Source of the DNA: Kiritimatiellia bacterium
GTDB taxonomy: Bacteria; Verrucomicrobiota; Kiritimatiellia; RFP12; JBMNHG01
Direction of reading: 5' to 3'
Assembly: GCA_050950285.1 (NCBI GenBank)
Contig: JBMNHG010000003.1
Location: 428,337 to 492,336 of the forward strand
DNA length: 64,000 nucleotides
Part shown: piece by piece, positions 36,843-46,248 of the stretch
Position numbering within the stretch: the stretch's first letter is position 1
Layout of the letters: each line of letters begins with the position of its first letter
Program-made: the position numbers and the translations under genes
Notes under the pieces: generated by a model
Databases searched by the model: none
The model's input: only the letters and a program-made list of their open reading frames with translations
What the model was told of the DNA's origin: nothing

Positions 36843-38054
36843 TTACTCCCCGCCGTCGCCGTAGAGTTCCTCGAGGGCGTCGGCGAGCATGTCGAGGGCC
36901 TCCTCCATGTCGGCGTCGTTGACGTTGAGAGGGGGGATGAAACGCACGGTGTGCGGCCCGGCGACGCAGCAGAGCAGGCCCATGTCGCGGCAGGCGTCGA
37001 CCACTTCCCGGGCCTCGCCTTCCACCACGAGACCGCACATCAGGCCCACGCCGCGCACTTCGAGCACCTGCTCGTATTGGTCGACGAAGACCTGCAGGCC
37101 CTGGCGGAAGAGGTCGCCGGCCTCGGTGGCGCGCTGGAGGAGGCCCTCCTCCTCGATGACGGCGATGGTGGCGAGCGCGGCGGCGCAGGCGAGCGGGTTG
37201 CCGCCGAAGGTGCTGGCGTGGGTGCCGGGGGTGAAGACGCCGGAGAGCTTGGGCGAGGCCACGAGGGCGCCCATCGGCACGCCGCTGGCGATGGCCTTGG
37301 CGAGCGAGAAGGCGTCGGGGGCGGCGTCGGCGCACATCTGCCAGCCGAACCAGTTGCCGGTGCGGCCCATGCCGCACTGCACCTCGTCGCAGAGCATGAG
37401 GATTCCCTTCCCGTCGCAAAGCGTGCGGACGCCGCGCAGGAACTCCGGCGTGGCCGGGATCACGCCGCCTTCGCCCTGGACGGCCTCGAGCATCACGGCC
37501 ACGGTGTGTTCGTTGATGGCGGCCTCGACGCTTTCCAGGTCGTTGAACTCCGCGTAGGCGAAGCCGAGGGGGAGGGGATCGAAGCCTTTCTGGACCTTCG
37601 ATTGCCCCGTGGCGGCGATCATCCCCAGCGTACGGCCATGGAAGGAGTTCCGCATCGTGACCACTTCGTACTTGCCGGCGTCGTGCCCCCAGAGGCGGGC
37701 GAGTTTCACCATGGCTTCGTTGGCTTCGGCGCCGGAGTTGCAGAAGAAGCACTTGCCGCCGAGGGAAAGCTTCGAGAGCTTCTGGGCGAGAAGGGCCTGG
37801 TTCACGTTGTAGTAGAGGTTCGAGCAGTGGACCATCGTCTGGGCCTGCTCCTGGATGGCCGCGACCACCTTCGGATGGGTATGGCCCACGTTCAGCACGG
37901 CGATGCCGGCGGTGAAGTCCAGGTACTGGCTGTTTTTATCGTCCCAGACACGGGAGCCGGAGGCGCGCAGGATCGGCACCGTCGGCGCGTACGTGTTCAT
38001 CACGTACTGGTCGAAGAGGGCTGCGATTTCATTGCTTTCATTTTTCTTGCTCAT
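36843..38054 (-). CDS. argD: Acetylornithine aminotransferase
   Basis: YLDFTAGIAV, NSGAEANE, SFHGRT, DEVQCGMGRTG, LAKAI and HASTFGGNP; in the arg operon. Confidence 0.93.
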   Translation of the reverse strand: MSKKNESNEIAALFDQYVMNTYAPTVPILRASGSRVWDDKNSQYLDFTAGIAVLNVGHTHPKVVAAIQEQAQTMVHCSNLYYNVNQALLAQKLSKLSLGGKCFFCNSGAEANEAMVKLARLWGHDAGKYEVVTMRNSFHGRTLGMIAATGQSKVQKGFDPLPLGFAYAEFNDLESVEAAINEHTVAVMLEAVQGEGGVIPATPEFLRGVRTLCDGKGILMLCDEVQCGMGRTGNWFGWQMCADAAPDAFSLAKAIASGVPMGALVASPKLSGVFTPGTHASTFGGNPLACAAALATIAVIEEEGLLQRATEAGDLFRQGLQVFVDQYEQVLEVRGVGLMCGLVVEGEAREVVDACRDMGLLCCVAGPHTVRFIPPLNVNDADMEEALDMLADALEELYGDGGE

Positions 38055-38925
38055 CGGGAATAATCTCCGTTCCCACGCCTTTGTGCGTGAAGATTTCCAA
38101 TAACAACGAATGGGGCATGCGGCCGTCGACCAGGTGGACTTTGCCCACCCCGTCGCGGATGGCGGCGGCGCAACTGTCGAGTTTGGGCAGCATTCCGCCT
38201 CCGGCGATCCCGGCCTGCCGGAGTGCGGCGATTTCGCCGACACGCAGGGTGGCGACGAGCGACGCGGGGTCGCGGGGGTCGCGCAGGAGGCCCGGCACGT
38301 CCGAAAGGAAGGCGAGCTTCTCCGCGCGGACGGCCGGGGCCAGGGCGGCGGCCGCGGTGTCGGCGTTCACGTTGTACAGCTGCCCGGAAGCGTCGCGCCC
38401 GAGCGGCGTCACCACCGGCACTGCGCCGGCGGCGAGCACGGCCAGAACCGGCGCGGGGTCCACGGCGACCGGGACGCCCACAAAGCCCCAGTCGATCGGG
38501 GCTCCGGTGGAAGGGTCGACTCCACGCTTGCGCTCGGCCAGGAGGATGTCCTCGCCGCGTACCGACGCCGCGGCCACGTGTTTGGCCCGAAGCAGCTTCA
38601 CCAGCTGGTCGTTTACGCCGCCCAGTGCCTCCTCGGCCACGCGGACGGCCATCTCGTCGGTCACGCGCAGGCCGTTCAGGAAGACGGGTTTCACGCCGGC
38701 CTTCTCCATGCTTCGCGAAATGGCCTTGCCGCCGCCGTGCACGAGCACGGGGCGCAGTCCGACGGTCGCGAGGAAGGCGATGTCGGTAAGCACGCGGTCC
38801 ATCGACTCCACATCGTCCATGAGGCTCCCGCCGATCTTGACGACGGCGACGGATCCCTTGAACGCCTGGAGATAGGGCAGCGCCTCGATCAGCGTCTCGG
38901 CCTTTTCGATGTATCGTTGCATCAT
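38038..38925 (-). CDS. argB: Acetylglutamate kinase
   Basis: LIEALPY, VKIGGS, VHGGG, GLRVTD, NVNADTAA and GGMLPKL. ATGA overlap with argJ. Confidence 0.96.
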   Translation of the reverse strand: MMQRYIEKAETLIEALPYLQAFKGSVAVVKIGGSLMDDVESMDRVLTDIAFLATVGLRPVLVHGGGKAISRSMEKAGVKPVFLNGLRVTDEMAVRVAEEALGGVNDQLVKLLRAKHVAAASVRGEDILLAERKRGVDPSTGAPIDWGFVGVPVAVDPAPVLAVLAAGAVPVVTPLGRDASGQLYNVNADTAAAALAPAVRAEKLAFLSDVPGLLRDPRDPASLVATLRVGEIAALRQAGIAGGGMLPKLDSCAAAIRDGVGKVHLVDGRMPHSLLLEIFTHKGVGTEIIPDEQEK

Positions 38926-40148
38926 GTGGTGTAGTCCGCGTTGATGTTCACGTAGTCGCAGGAGAAGTCGCAGGTGAGGACGGTGTCCTCGCCGTCGCCG
39001 AGGCCGAGATCCACGAGCACGTCGAAGGCCCGGCCGGACATCGCCTGCCTGAGGCGGGCGAGGGTGGCTTTGTCGGCCAGGACGCCGCGGTCGTAGGCGG
39101 CGATGCCGCCGTAGGAGATGCGCGCCAGGCGGTCGTCCACCTCGGCCCCGGAATAGCCGGCGGCGGCGATGACCCGGCCCCAGTTGGGATCGCACCCGAA
39201 CCACGAAGTCTTGGCCAGGGGCGAGCGGGCGATGGCGCGGGCGGCGAGGCGGGCGTCGCGTTCGTTGCGTGCGCCGCGGACCGTGACGGTCACGAACTTG
39301 GTGGCGCCTTCGCCGTCCATGGCCATTTTCTTCGCGAGTTCGCGGCACAGGGCGCGGAGCGCGGCTTTGAAGGAGGGGAAATCGGGGTGCGACGCGTCGA
39401 TCTCGGGAGCCCCCGATGCGCCGTTCGCGAGGAGGATCGCGGTGTCGTTGGTGCTGCGGTCCCCATCGACCACCACGCGGTTGAAGCTGGCGTCCACGGC
39501 CTCGCGCAGGGCGGCGTCGAGGGCATCCCGGGCCACGGCGGCGTCGGTGGCGAGGAAGGCGAGCATGGTGGCCATGTGCGGATCGATCATGCCGGAGCCC
39601 TTGCACATGCCTCCGAGCGTCACGGTGCGCCCGCCGATTTCCATGCGCACGGCCGCGTGCTTGGGGACGGTGTCGGTGGTCATGATGGCCCGCGCCGCAT
39701 CGTCCCCGCCGTCGCGGGAAAGGGCGGCGGCGGCGGCCTTGGCTCCGGCTTCGACGCGCTCGACGGGGAGGGGCGCCCCGATGACGCCGGTCGAGCAGAC
39801 CAGCACACGTTTTTCGTCGATGCCGAGGGCGTCCGCCGCGGCCTTGGCCATCGCGCGGGCGGCGACAAGGCCCTGGGGCCCGGTGCAGGCGTTGGCGCAT
39901 CCGCTGTTCACGGCCACGGCCTGGATCCGATGGCCTGCGGCAATGCGTTCGCGGTCGAGCAGCACGGGGGCCGCAGCCACCTGGTTGGTGGTGAACACGG
40001 CCGCAGCGTTGGCCGGTTCGTCCGAGACTAGCAAGGCATAGTCCTTGCGCCCAGCGTATTTGATCGCCGCTTCGACGCCTGCGGCGCGGAAACCGAGCGG
40101 CGAGGTCACGCCACCTGCGGTGGCTTCGAAAAAAGGTTCGTTAAGCAT
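38922..40148 (-). CDS. argJ: Bifunctional ornithine acetyltransferase/N-acetylglutamate synthase
   Basis: NSGCANACTG, STGVIG, IMTTD, KGSGMI.P.MATML, DGEGATK, DPNWGR and YVNINADYTT. Confidence 0.97.
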   Translation of the reverse strand: MLNEPFFEATAGGVTSPLGFRAAGVEAAIKYAGRKDYALLVSDEPANAAAVFTTNQVAAAPVLLDRERIAAGHRIQAVAVNSGCANACTGPQGLVAARAMAKAAADALGIDEKRVLVCSTGVIGAPLPVERVEAGAKAAAAALSRDGGDDAARAIMTTDTVPKHAAVRMEIGGRTVTLGGMCKGSGMIDPHMATMLAFLATDAAVARDALDAALREAVDASFNRVVVDGDRSTNDTAILLANGASGAPEIDASHPDFPSFKAALRALCRELAKKMAMDGEGATKFVTVTVRGARNERDARLAARAIARSPLAKTSWFGCDPNWGRVIAAAGYSGAEVDDRLARISYGGIAAYDRGVLADKATLARLRQAMSGRAFDVLVDLGLGDGEDTVLTCDFSCDYVNINADYTT

Positions 40149-40226
40149 GGGGATGAAGGGGCAAAATGGGATGAAGTTTATGAGTATGAACTCTTTCCCT
40201 GCCCAAGTCGAGCAAAAGCGGACACC

Positions 40227-40400
40227 TACGCACCGCCGACCGCATGGCCGCCCTCGCGTCCAGCTTGCCGGAGGCGCGTCCCTCGCGTCCCCTGCGTCCC
40301 TCGGTCTCACCGCCTGGCACTACGACCCCGCCACAAGCCTTGTCACCACCTGCGGCAACGCCGACGGCTCCGCCGTTTCCTACACCCACACACCCGGCGG
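40227..40400 (+). pseudogene. Decayed RHS/YD-repeat gene fragment
   Basis: Frameshifted pieces Y(D)TADRMAALAS and TAWHYDPATSLVTTCGNADGSAVSYTHTPGG resemble RHS core repeats (T.W.YD..TGL...K.YADG....Y.YT..G). No proper start or length. Confidence 0.6.
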
Positions 40401-40438
40401 TTCAAGAATCCAGATTCAAAACTCCGTATTCCTTTTGC

Positions 40439-41758
40439 TCATTCTTCCGGCCATTGAATGGCCTGGGAGATCAGTCGCGGCAGGTCGCTATTCTCGAGCG
40501 GCTCCACGAAGCGCTCGGCGCCGGGGCCTTGCGCGTGGGCGAGCACCTTGGTGGTGCTGTGGCCGCCGGTGGTGTAGCGGATACCCACCCGGGCGTCGCG
40601 CCAGATCGCGGCCTGCTTGACCGCCTTGCGCAGCTCGTCCGTCGGATTGCCTGCGTCGAGCGCCACGCCAAACAACTCCTTGAGCTTGGCACGCTCCTCC
40701 TCCGTGAAGGTCATGCCGAGCTGCTGCTCCAGCGCCTCGAGCAACGACTGCGTGCGCTGCCGGCGCACGGCGGCGGCATCCACACCCTCCAGCTTGACCT
40801 CCAGCACCTTCATGGCCCAGCCCAGATCGGCGAGGGGCGACTGCTGCCCGCGCAGCAACTGAGCCTTCTCCTTGTTGCACGACTCAAGCTGCAATCCGCC
40901 GGTCTCGTGGTCGGCGGCGACAACCACCAGCGTCTCATTGGGGCGTCTGGCCTGGAAGGCCAGCGCAACCTCGACCGCCTCCTCGAAGGCCAGTACCTCG
41001 CGCCAGGTCATGGCGGCGTCGTTGTCGTGTCCGGCATAGTCGATGTGACCGTTCTCGAGCATGATGAAGAAGCCGTTGGGGTTGTCGAGCACCTCGATGG
41101 CCTTGGCCAGGTATTCCGCCAGCGTGGGGGTGGCGGGCTTTGTATTCGGCCAGGCGGTGTAGGGATTGCTATTGACAAAGGTCTGTCCCTCCGGCTTGAC
41201 CTGTGCGAGGACGTTGGTCCCCTCGATCACATTCCAGCCGGCCATGCGCAGGTCGTCGAGCGTAAGCTTGTCATGCACTCCGGCGCCGCCGGCGAAGGCG
41301 ATGCCGCTTCCGGCCAGGTCGTGCCCGATCTCGCGGTGCATCGTGCGCATCTCCCGATGTGCGTAGTGGGCGGCGGGCGTGGCGTCGGTCAGCGGCGAGG
41401 AGGAGATCAGGCCGATCCTGAAGCCCTGCTTCTGCAGTTTCATGGCCAGGCTCCCGACGGGCTGCTTATCCTTGTCCACACCGATGGCGCCGTTGTAGGT
41501 CTTGATGCCGCAGGCGATGGCGGTGCCCGAGGCGGCGGAGTCGGTGATATTGCTGGTGACGTCCAGCGTGCCCATGCGGGCATGAACGGGCATGCGGTCC
41601 ATGGCCAGCTTGCGTCCGGCCACGAGTTCCGTGAGGGCGGCCTGGTCCGGGCCGAAGCCGTCGCCGATGAGCAGGAAGACATACCTCGCACCACCGGCGA
41701 ATGCCATCGTAGCGCAACAGAGAAAGAGGAAGATGAGCAGGAAACGGGGCTTGAACAT
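40439..41758 (-). CDS. Alkaline phosphatase (PhoA family)
   Basis: Signal peptide, IGDGFG, TDSAASGTA (Ser nucleophile), DATPAAHYAH, ENGHIDYAGHDND and ADHETGG. Confidence 0.93.
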   Translation of the reverse strand: MFKPRFLLIFLFLCCATMAFAGGARYVFLLIGDGFGPDQAALTELVAGRKLAMDRMPVHARMGTLDVTSNITDSAASGTAIACGIKTYNGAIGVDKDKQPVGSLAMKLQKQGFRIGLISSSPLTDATPAAHYAHREMRTMHREIGHDLAGSGIAFAGGAGVHDKLTLDDLRMAGWNVIEGTNVLAQVKPEGQTFVNSNPYTAWPNTKPATPTLAEYLAKAIEVLDNPNGFFIMLENGHIDYAGHDNDAAMTWREVLAFEEAVEVALAFQARRPNETLVVVAADHETGGLQLESCNKEKAQLLRGQQSPLADLGWAMKVLEVKLEGVDAAAVRRQRTQSLLEALEQQLGMTFTEEERAKLKELFGVALDAGNPTDELRKAVKQAAIWRDARVGIRYTTGGHSTTKVLAHAQGPGAERFVEPLENSDLPRLISQAIQWPEE

Positions 41759-41783
41759 TGGAAGTGTCTTTCGTTAAGCGGGG

Positions 41784-41812
41784 ATTATAGACGGAGAAAC
41801 CGTATACTTGAA
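41784..41812 (-). promoter_or_regulatory. Sigma-70-type promoter of the alkaline phosphatase gene
   Basis: Minus strand TTCAAG-N17-TATAAT. The palindrome ATGAAT-A-ATTCAT lies immediately upstream at 41815-41827. Confidence 0.6.
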
Positions 41813-41837
41813 GTATGAATAATTCATGCTGCAAAAC

Positions 41838-41888
41838 AGGGGCACGGGTTTTCCAACCCGTGACACGGACAGGAAGGTCCGTGCCCCT
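41838..41888. repeat. REP-like composite palindrome (two inverted hairpin units)
   Basis: AGGGGCACGG...CCGTGCCCCT outer inverted repeat enclosing CACGGGTT-ttcc-AACCCGTG and CACGGAC-aggaag-GTCCGTG. Confidence 0.65.
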
Positions 41889-41953
41889 TTCCCAACTCCA
41901 AATTCCAGCTCCCCATGCCTGAATCTCCGTGCGCAGCGCTATTTGTGGCCGAG

Positions 41954-42676
41954 TTAGTCGTGGGTCGTCATTGTGCTTTTCGCCCCGTCCAGGCGGCTCA
42001 GGACGGGCGGCAGGGGGCGGCCGAGCCACGGATACTTCGCGCCGGCGACAACGTTGAAGGGGAGATGCTCCACAGGGGAATCGCCGACGAGCTTGGCAAA
42101 CGCCGCGCGATCCCGGGGCGTGTCGTTGACGCCGGGGACGTCCGGAATGCGGATGCAGAACGGGACGCCCGAGGTCTTCAGCCAATCGAGATTGCGGAGC
42201 ACCACGCCGAGGTCGCCGCCGCACCACGCGCGGAAGGCGTCGGGGTCGTGGTGCTTCAAATCCTGGTAGACGAAGTCCATCCGCCCGACCACCGCTTGAT
42301 AGACTTCAAGCGGCGCGTAGCCGCTCGTCTCGATCGCCAGATGCAGCGACGCCGCCTTCAGCAGCGGAACGAGCGCCAGAAGAAAGTCCGCCTGGGCGAG
42401 CGGCTCGCCGCCGGAAAACGTGACGCCGCCGCCGGATTGCATCAGGATGTCGGCGTTCTTCAGCAATTCGGCCGCCAGGGCGTCGGCGTCCCAATCCACG
42501 CCGCAGGTGGCGCGCTCTCCGTTCGCCCGGGTCATCGTCTCGATCTCGGGCGACTGTCCTTCGGGGTTGTGGCACCAGGCGCACCGCAGGGGGCAGCCCT
42601 TGAAGAACACGGTGGTTCGCACCCCGGGGCCGTCATGGAGCGTAAACTCCCGAATCTCGAACACGCGTCCCTTCAT
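41954..42676 (-). CDS. Glycyl-radical enzyme activating enzyme (radical SAM), no ferredoxin insert
   Basis: HDGPGVRTTVFFKGCPLRCAWCHNPEG, GGVTFSGGEPL, IETSG, DLKH and PGVND. True start MKGRVFEI at 42676. Confidence 0.95.
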   Translation of the reverse strand: MKGRVFEIREFTLHDGPGVRTTVFFKGCPLRCAWCHNPEGQSPEIETMTRANGERATCGVDWDADALAAELLKNADILMQSGGGVTFSGGEPLAQADFLLALVPLLKAASLHLAIETSGYAPLEVYQAVVGRMDFVYQDLKHHDPDAFRAWCGGDLGVVLRNLDWLKTSGVPFCIRIPDVPGVNDTPRDRAAFAKLVGDSPVEHLPFNVVAGAKYPWLGRPLPPVLSRLDGAKSTMTTHD

Positions 42677-42693
42677 GCGCCGTCCGTCGCCTT

Positions 42694-44781
42694 TTACGAC
42701 GCCGTCGCGCCGAGTTCCACGCGCTGGATGATCTGGTTTTGATAGCAGGGGTCGAGCTCGACGAAATAGCCGCTCCATCCCCAGACGCGGACGATCAGGT
42801 GGCGGTGGTTTTCGGGATGCTGTTGCGCGTCGAGCAGCGTCTCGCGGTTGATCGTGTTGATCTGCAGTTGATGGCCGCCGCGGTCGATGAAGAACTTGAC
42901 GAGGTGCGCCACTTTCTCGACGCCGTCGGGATGGGCGAACGCCGAATCGTGGAGTTCGAGGGTGAGCGGCCCACCATTGCACACGGGGCTGAGGTCGGGC
43001 GCCGTGAACGAACGGACGACGGAGACCGGCCCCTTCACCGGCACGCCCAGCGACGGCGCGTAGTTCGCGGGGAGCGGCTGTCCCTTGAGCCTGCCGTCCG
43101 CGGAGGCCGGCACCTCGCGCGCATGCCAGATGTAGTACATCGCGCTGCCCGTGCCGGGCCGGTAGATTCCGCCGCGCCCGTTGCGCTTGCCGTCGAAGGC
43201 GCGCCCCCAAAAGGCGACGAGCCGTTTCGCAAGGTCGTCGGCGCGGGGGTCGGCGTTGCCCATCTTCGGCGCCGCCTTCGCCGCGGCGAGCACGTCCGGG
43301 CGTCCGGCGTAGTCGGTGTCGAGAAAATCGACAAGCTCGGACAACGTGACAAGCTGCTTCTCGAACACCAGCTCGCGCACGGAGGCGAGCGAATCGACCG
43401 CCACGGCGATGCCGGTGCCGTGGATGCCGAAATTGTTGTACTTCGCGCCTTGGCTGATGTCGCGCGCCTTGTCGATGCAATCGCGGGAAATCACCGAGGC
43501 GAACGGCCCGGGGAGGATTTCGACATACGCATACTTTGCCGCCAGCGCATCGGCGCGGCGCTGGATTTCCGCCTCGAACGCGGCGACCACCTCGTCGAAC
43601 GCCTTCGCGGAAGCGGCGACCTGGCGGAGCGCCGTGTCGAGACAGCCTACGAAAGAGACGGCGTCGATGTTGTTGACGTCCATCCCGCAGCCGGGAATAA
43701 TGAACTCCCAGCAGGCGGCGACGGTGTAGTCGCGCGCGTCCTCGGGGTCGTACCCCCACCTCTCCAGCGCGGGGATCACGACATCGTCGTTGGCGTACTG
43801 GGGGAAGCCAAGGCCTTTCTTTGTCAGCGCCGTCCCGAGCTTGAAGATCTCGAGGGGCGTCCGGCTGTCGACGCGCAGGTTGATCTTGGGATCGACGAGC
43901 TTCACGTCGCCGCACGCCTGGAGGCAAAGGCGCGAAAGCGCGTTGAACGCGGTTTCGCCGTCGGCCGGATGGCGCGGCTTGCCGCCGAGCATCACGCTCT
44001 GCCCGTTGTCGCCCTGCTGCACGCCGATGTAGAGGTCGCTGTCGCGGTTGCACGCGATGAAGAACTCCTGCAACTTCTCCAGCGCGGCATCGTCGGTCAG
44101 ACGCCCCGCCTGGATGTCGGCTTCGTAGTAGGGGAGGAGATACTGGTCGATGCGCCCGAGACCGCAGTGGTATTCCCCTTCGCACCACAGCGCGTAGTGG
44201 AGGATGCGCAGGCTCTGCAGCGCCTCGTGGAAGGTCCGCGCCCCCTTCGCCGGCACCTGCGCGAGCGTTTCCGCGATCGTCGCCAGCCCTTTCTCCTCCG
44301 CAGCCCGTCGGTACCGCGCCGCCAAATCCAGGACGGCCTTGACGCAGCGGATCGCGTTGCCGAGGAAGTTCACGCCCTCGGCGTCGCCCTCCGCCTTCGC
44401 GCGCGCCAGCCGCGCCTCCATCTCCGCGAGCCGCGCATCGAGCCCGTCGCGGATCGTCGGCTCGAAATCGGCCGTGAAGTTGAAGACCACGCCCTTTTCG
44501 GCGAACGCCGTTCCCGTCGCCTTTCGCGCGTCCAGCTCCTCCTCGGTGTGGAGGTCGGGGATCTGCCGCACGGTGCGCAGGAAGGCGATCGTTTCGCCTT
44601 CCAGAAACGCCGGCGTCTCGGCCTTCAGCATTTCCTCGAGGCCGATCCGCGCGCGCGTCGTGTCGTCGAGCCCCTCGGCGACGAACCGCTTGAGCAGCGG
44701 CCGCCAATCGACGTCGCGTCGGAATGCGTCCTGCGCCTTGTCAAACGTCCTGTCGAGCAAGCTCTTGATTCGATCGTTCAT
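42694..44781 (-). CDS. Glycyl radical enzyme (PFL-family fold) of unknown reaction
   Basis: ARTFHEALQ, LGRIDQYLLPYY, GFPQYAND, Cys loop VAACWE, KMGN.D, ASADGR and Gly loop HLIVRVWGWSGYF; adjacent activase. Confidence 0.93.
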   Translation of the reverse strand: MNDRIKSLLDRTFDKAQDAFRRDVDWRPLLKRFVAEGLDDTTRARIGLEEMLKAETPAFLEGETIAFLRTVRQIPDLHTEEELDARKATGTAFAEKGVVFNFTADFEPTIRDGLDARLAEMEARLARAKAEGDAEGVNFLGNAIRCVKAVLDLAARYRRAAEEKGLATIAETLAQVPAKGARTFHEALQSLRILHYALWCEGEYHCGLGRIDQYLLPYYEADIQAGRLTDDAALEKLQEFFIACNRDSDLYIGVQQGDNGQSVMLGGKPRHPADGETAFNALSRLCLQACGDVKLVDPKINLRVDSRTPLEIFKLGTALTKKGLGFPQYANDDVVIPALERWGYDPEDARDYTVAACWEFIIPGCGMDVNNIDAVSFVGCLDTALRQVAASAKAFDEVVAAFEAEIQRRADALAAKYAYVEILPGPFASVISRDCIDKARDISQGAKYNNFGIHGTGIAVAVDSLASVRELVFEKQLVTLSELVDFLDTDYAGRPDVLAAAKAAPKMGNADPRADDLAKRLVAFWGRAFDGKRNGRGGIYRPGTGSAMYYIWHAREVPASADGRLKGQPLPANYAPSLGVPVKGPVSVVRSFTAPDLSPVCNGGPLTLELHDSAFAHPDGVEKVAHLVKFFIDRGGHQLQINTINRETLLDAQQHPENHRHLIVRVWGWSGYFVELDPCYQNQIIQRVELGATAS

Positions 44782-46214
44782 GCCTCTCCTCTTGTGTTCG
44801 GCTTGGTTTTGCCGATGAACTCGAGAAAGTCCACCAAGTCGTCCTTGTCGAACACCCGTGCGCCGGTTCCCTGCGATTCGATCTCGGCGAGGTTGTCGTC
44901 ATTGATGACGTCGAGGCGATCGGGGTAGCGGTACTGGAGCCCGGCCTTCGGGCGACCGTGGTAGCGGCAAATCGGTTCGCCGCCGGAAATCCAGCGGTTC
45001 TCCGCCATCTCCAAGTCCTCGCGCCAGTCGTTGAAAAAGCGGAAGAGGCAGTCTTCGGACTGGGAGAACACATTGCGGGCGACCCGGAACCCGCGCGTGT
45101 CGGCCGTGGTGTCGTAGAACATGAGGTGCGCGGCGTTGGGGTTCCAGCGCTGGACGTGCCCCCAGCCCTTGCCGGCGTCGCGAAAGACGTTGTCTTCCAC
45201 GCGCACGTTTTCGGTGACGGCCCCGTCGCCCTGCTGCCAGTATTCGTAGGAGTACTCGCAATTCCAGACTTCGTTGTTTCGCCAGACGATGTTCCGCTGC
45301 GCGGTGTCGTCGAGGCTCGACTGGTTGGTCAGGCCGGCGTCCCAGCATTCCCACACGTGGTTGGACTCGACGAGGACGTCCTCCGCCGCCCCCCAGAACT
45401 CGATGCCGTTGCCGTAGCGGACGCCGTCCCCCTTGTTGTTGAAATAGAGGTAGCCGCCGCCGATCCAGGAGATGTCGCAGTTGCGGATGACGATGCGCTT
45501 CGCCTGATCGCCGCCGAAACCGTGCGCGGCCGAGTAGCGGATGGCAAGCCCGTCATAGACGACGTCGTGCATGTGGGCCTGGTTCACGCCGTTGATTTTC
45601 TCGGCCAGCTCGATGGACTTCCAGCGCAAGGCCGGATTGGAAGCGGATTTCACATGGATGCGAAACGCCGCCGGATCGCACCAGAAGTCCCGGTCGCGCG
45701 TCAGGTCGTCGCGACGGTTCCGCTTGAACAGGCATCCCGAATCGCCGTGGTCGAGGATCACGTTGCCGATGTCGGCCGCGGCATCGGTTCCGGCGCTCCA
45801 CGTTCCATCGGACTCGCGCCGCCAGTCCTCCGGCCGGCTCCGGTCGTAGCTCGGTTGGATGGCGGGCTTCGCCCCGGCGCCATACGCGCCATACGTGATC
45901 GGGTGCCCCGGCTTGCCCGAGCGCGGCTGCAACTGCCCGCGCCACACCCCGCCGCGTTTGAACAGCACCGTTGCGCCGGGGTTCAACGCCATGGCGTTCA
46001 CCTCGTCGAGCGTGATGCTCTCGTCGATGTGGAAGACGGCATCCGACACGGGGCGCGCCATCGCCGCCTCGGCTTCCGCCGCCGCTTCCTCGGCCTTTCG
46101 GCCGGCCACGAACTTCCGGATCCCGGCTTCCACGACCCAATGGCCTTGGGGCTTCTTGGCGACATTCGGCGCAGGTGCGTTGCGGCTGCCATTCGTGCTC
46201 TGTTTAAACATCAT
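44778..46214 (-). CDS. Right-handed parallel beta-helix protein (pectate-lyase-like fold), no signal peptide
   Basis: PGATVLFKRGGVWRG, YGAYGAGAKP, IRNCDISWIGG, RYGNGIEFW and DAGLTNQ. AAAGGA RBS before 46214; stop overlaps the GRE start. Confidence 0.78.
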   Translation of the reverse strand: MMFKQSTNGSRNAPAPNVAKKPQGHWVVEAGIRKFVAGRKAEEAAAEAEAAMARPVSDAVFHIDESITLDEVNAMALNPGATVLFKRGGVWRGQLQPRSGKPGHPITYGAYGAGAKPAIQPSYDRSRPEDWRRESDGTWSAGTDAAADIGNVILDHGDSGCLFKRNRRDDLTRDRDFWCDPAAFRIHVKSASNPALRWKSIELAEKINGVNQAHMHDVVYDGLAIRYSAAHGFGGDQAKRIVIRNCDISWIGGGYLYFNNKGDGVRYGNGIEFWGAAEDVLVESNHVWECWDAGLTNQSSLDDTAQRNIVWRNNEVWNCEYSYEYWQQGDGAVTENVRVEDNVFRDAGKGWGHVQRWNPNAAHLMFYDTTADTRGFRVARNVFSQSEDCLFRFFNDWREDLEMAENRWISGGEPICRYHGRPKAGLQYRYPDRLDVINDDNLAEIESQGTGARVFDKDDLVDFLEFIGKTKPNTRGEA

Positions 46215-46248
46215 GGATTCAGTCCTTTGCACAAATTCTTTGTTGTCC

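Noticed and set aside
40170-40195. Possible ARG box upstream of argJ (TTTATGAGTATGAA)
   Set aside because: Only a weak single match to the ArgR palindrome, with no second box. Not enough to call.
13398-44707. Apparent giant fusions in the ORF track (13398..17270, 19610..23143, 38038..39900, 41954..44707)
   Set aside because: Only the C-terminal parts are real (exonuclease, GH38, ArgB, activase). The upstream parts are out-of-frame overlaps with neighbouring genes.
42694-44781. Calling the GRE pyruvate formate-lyase (pflB)
   Set aside because: It lacks the adjacent Cys-Cys pair of PFL and has ACWE instead, so no gene symbol was assigned.
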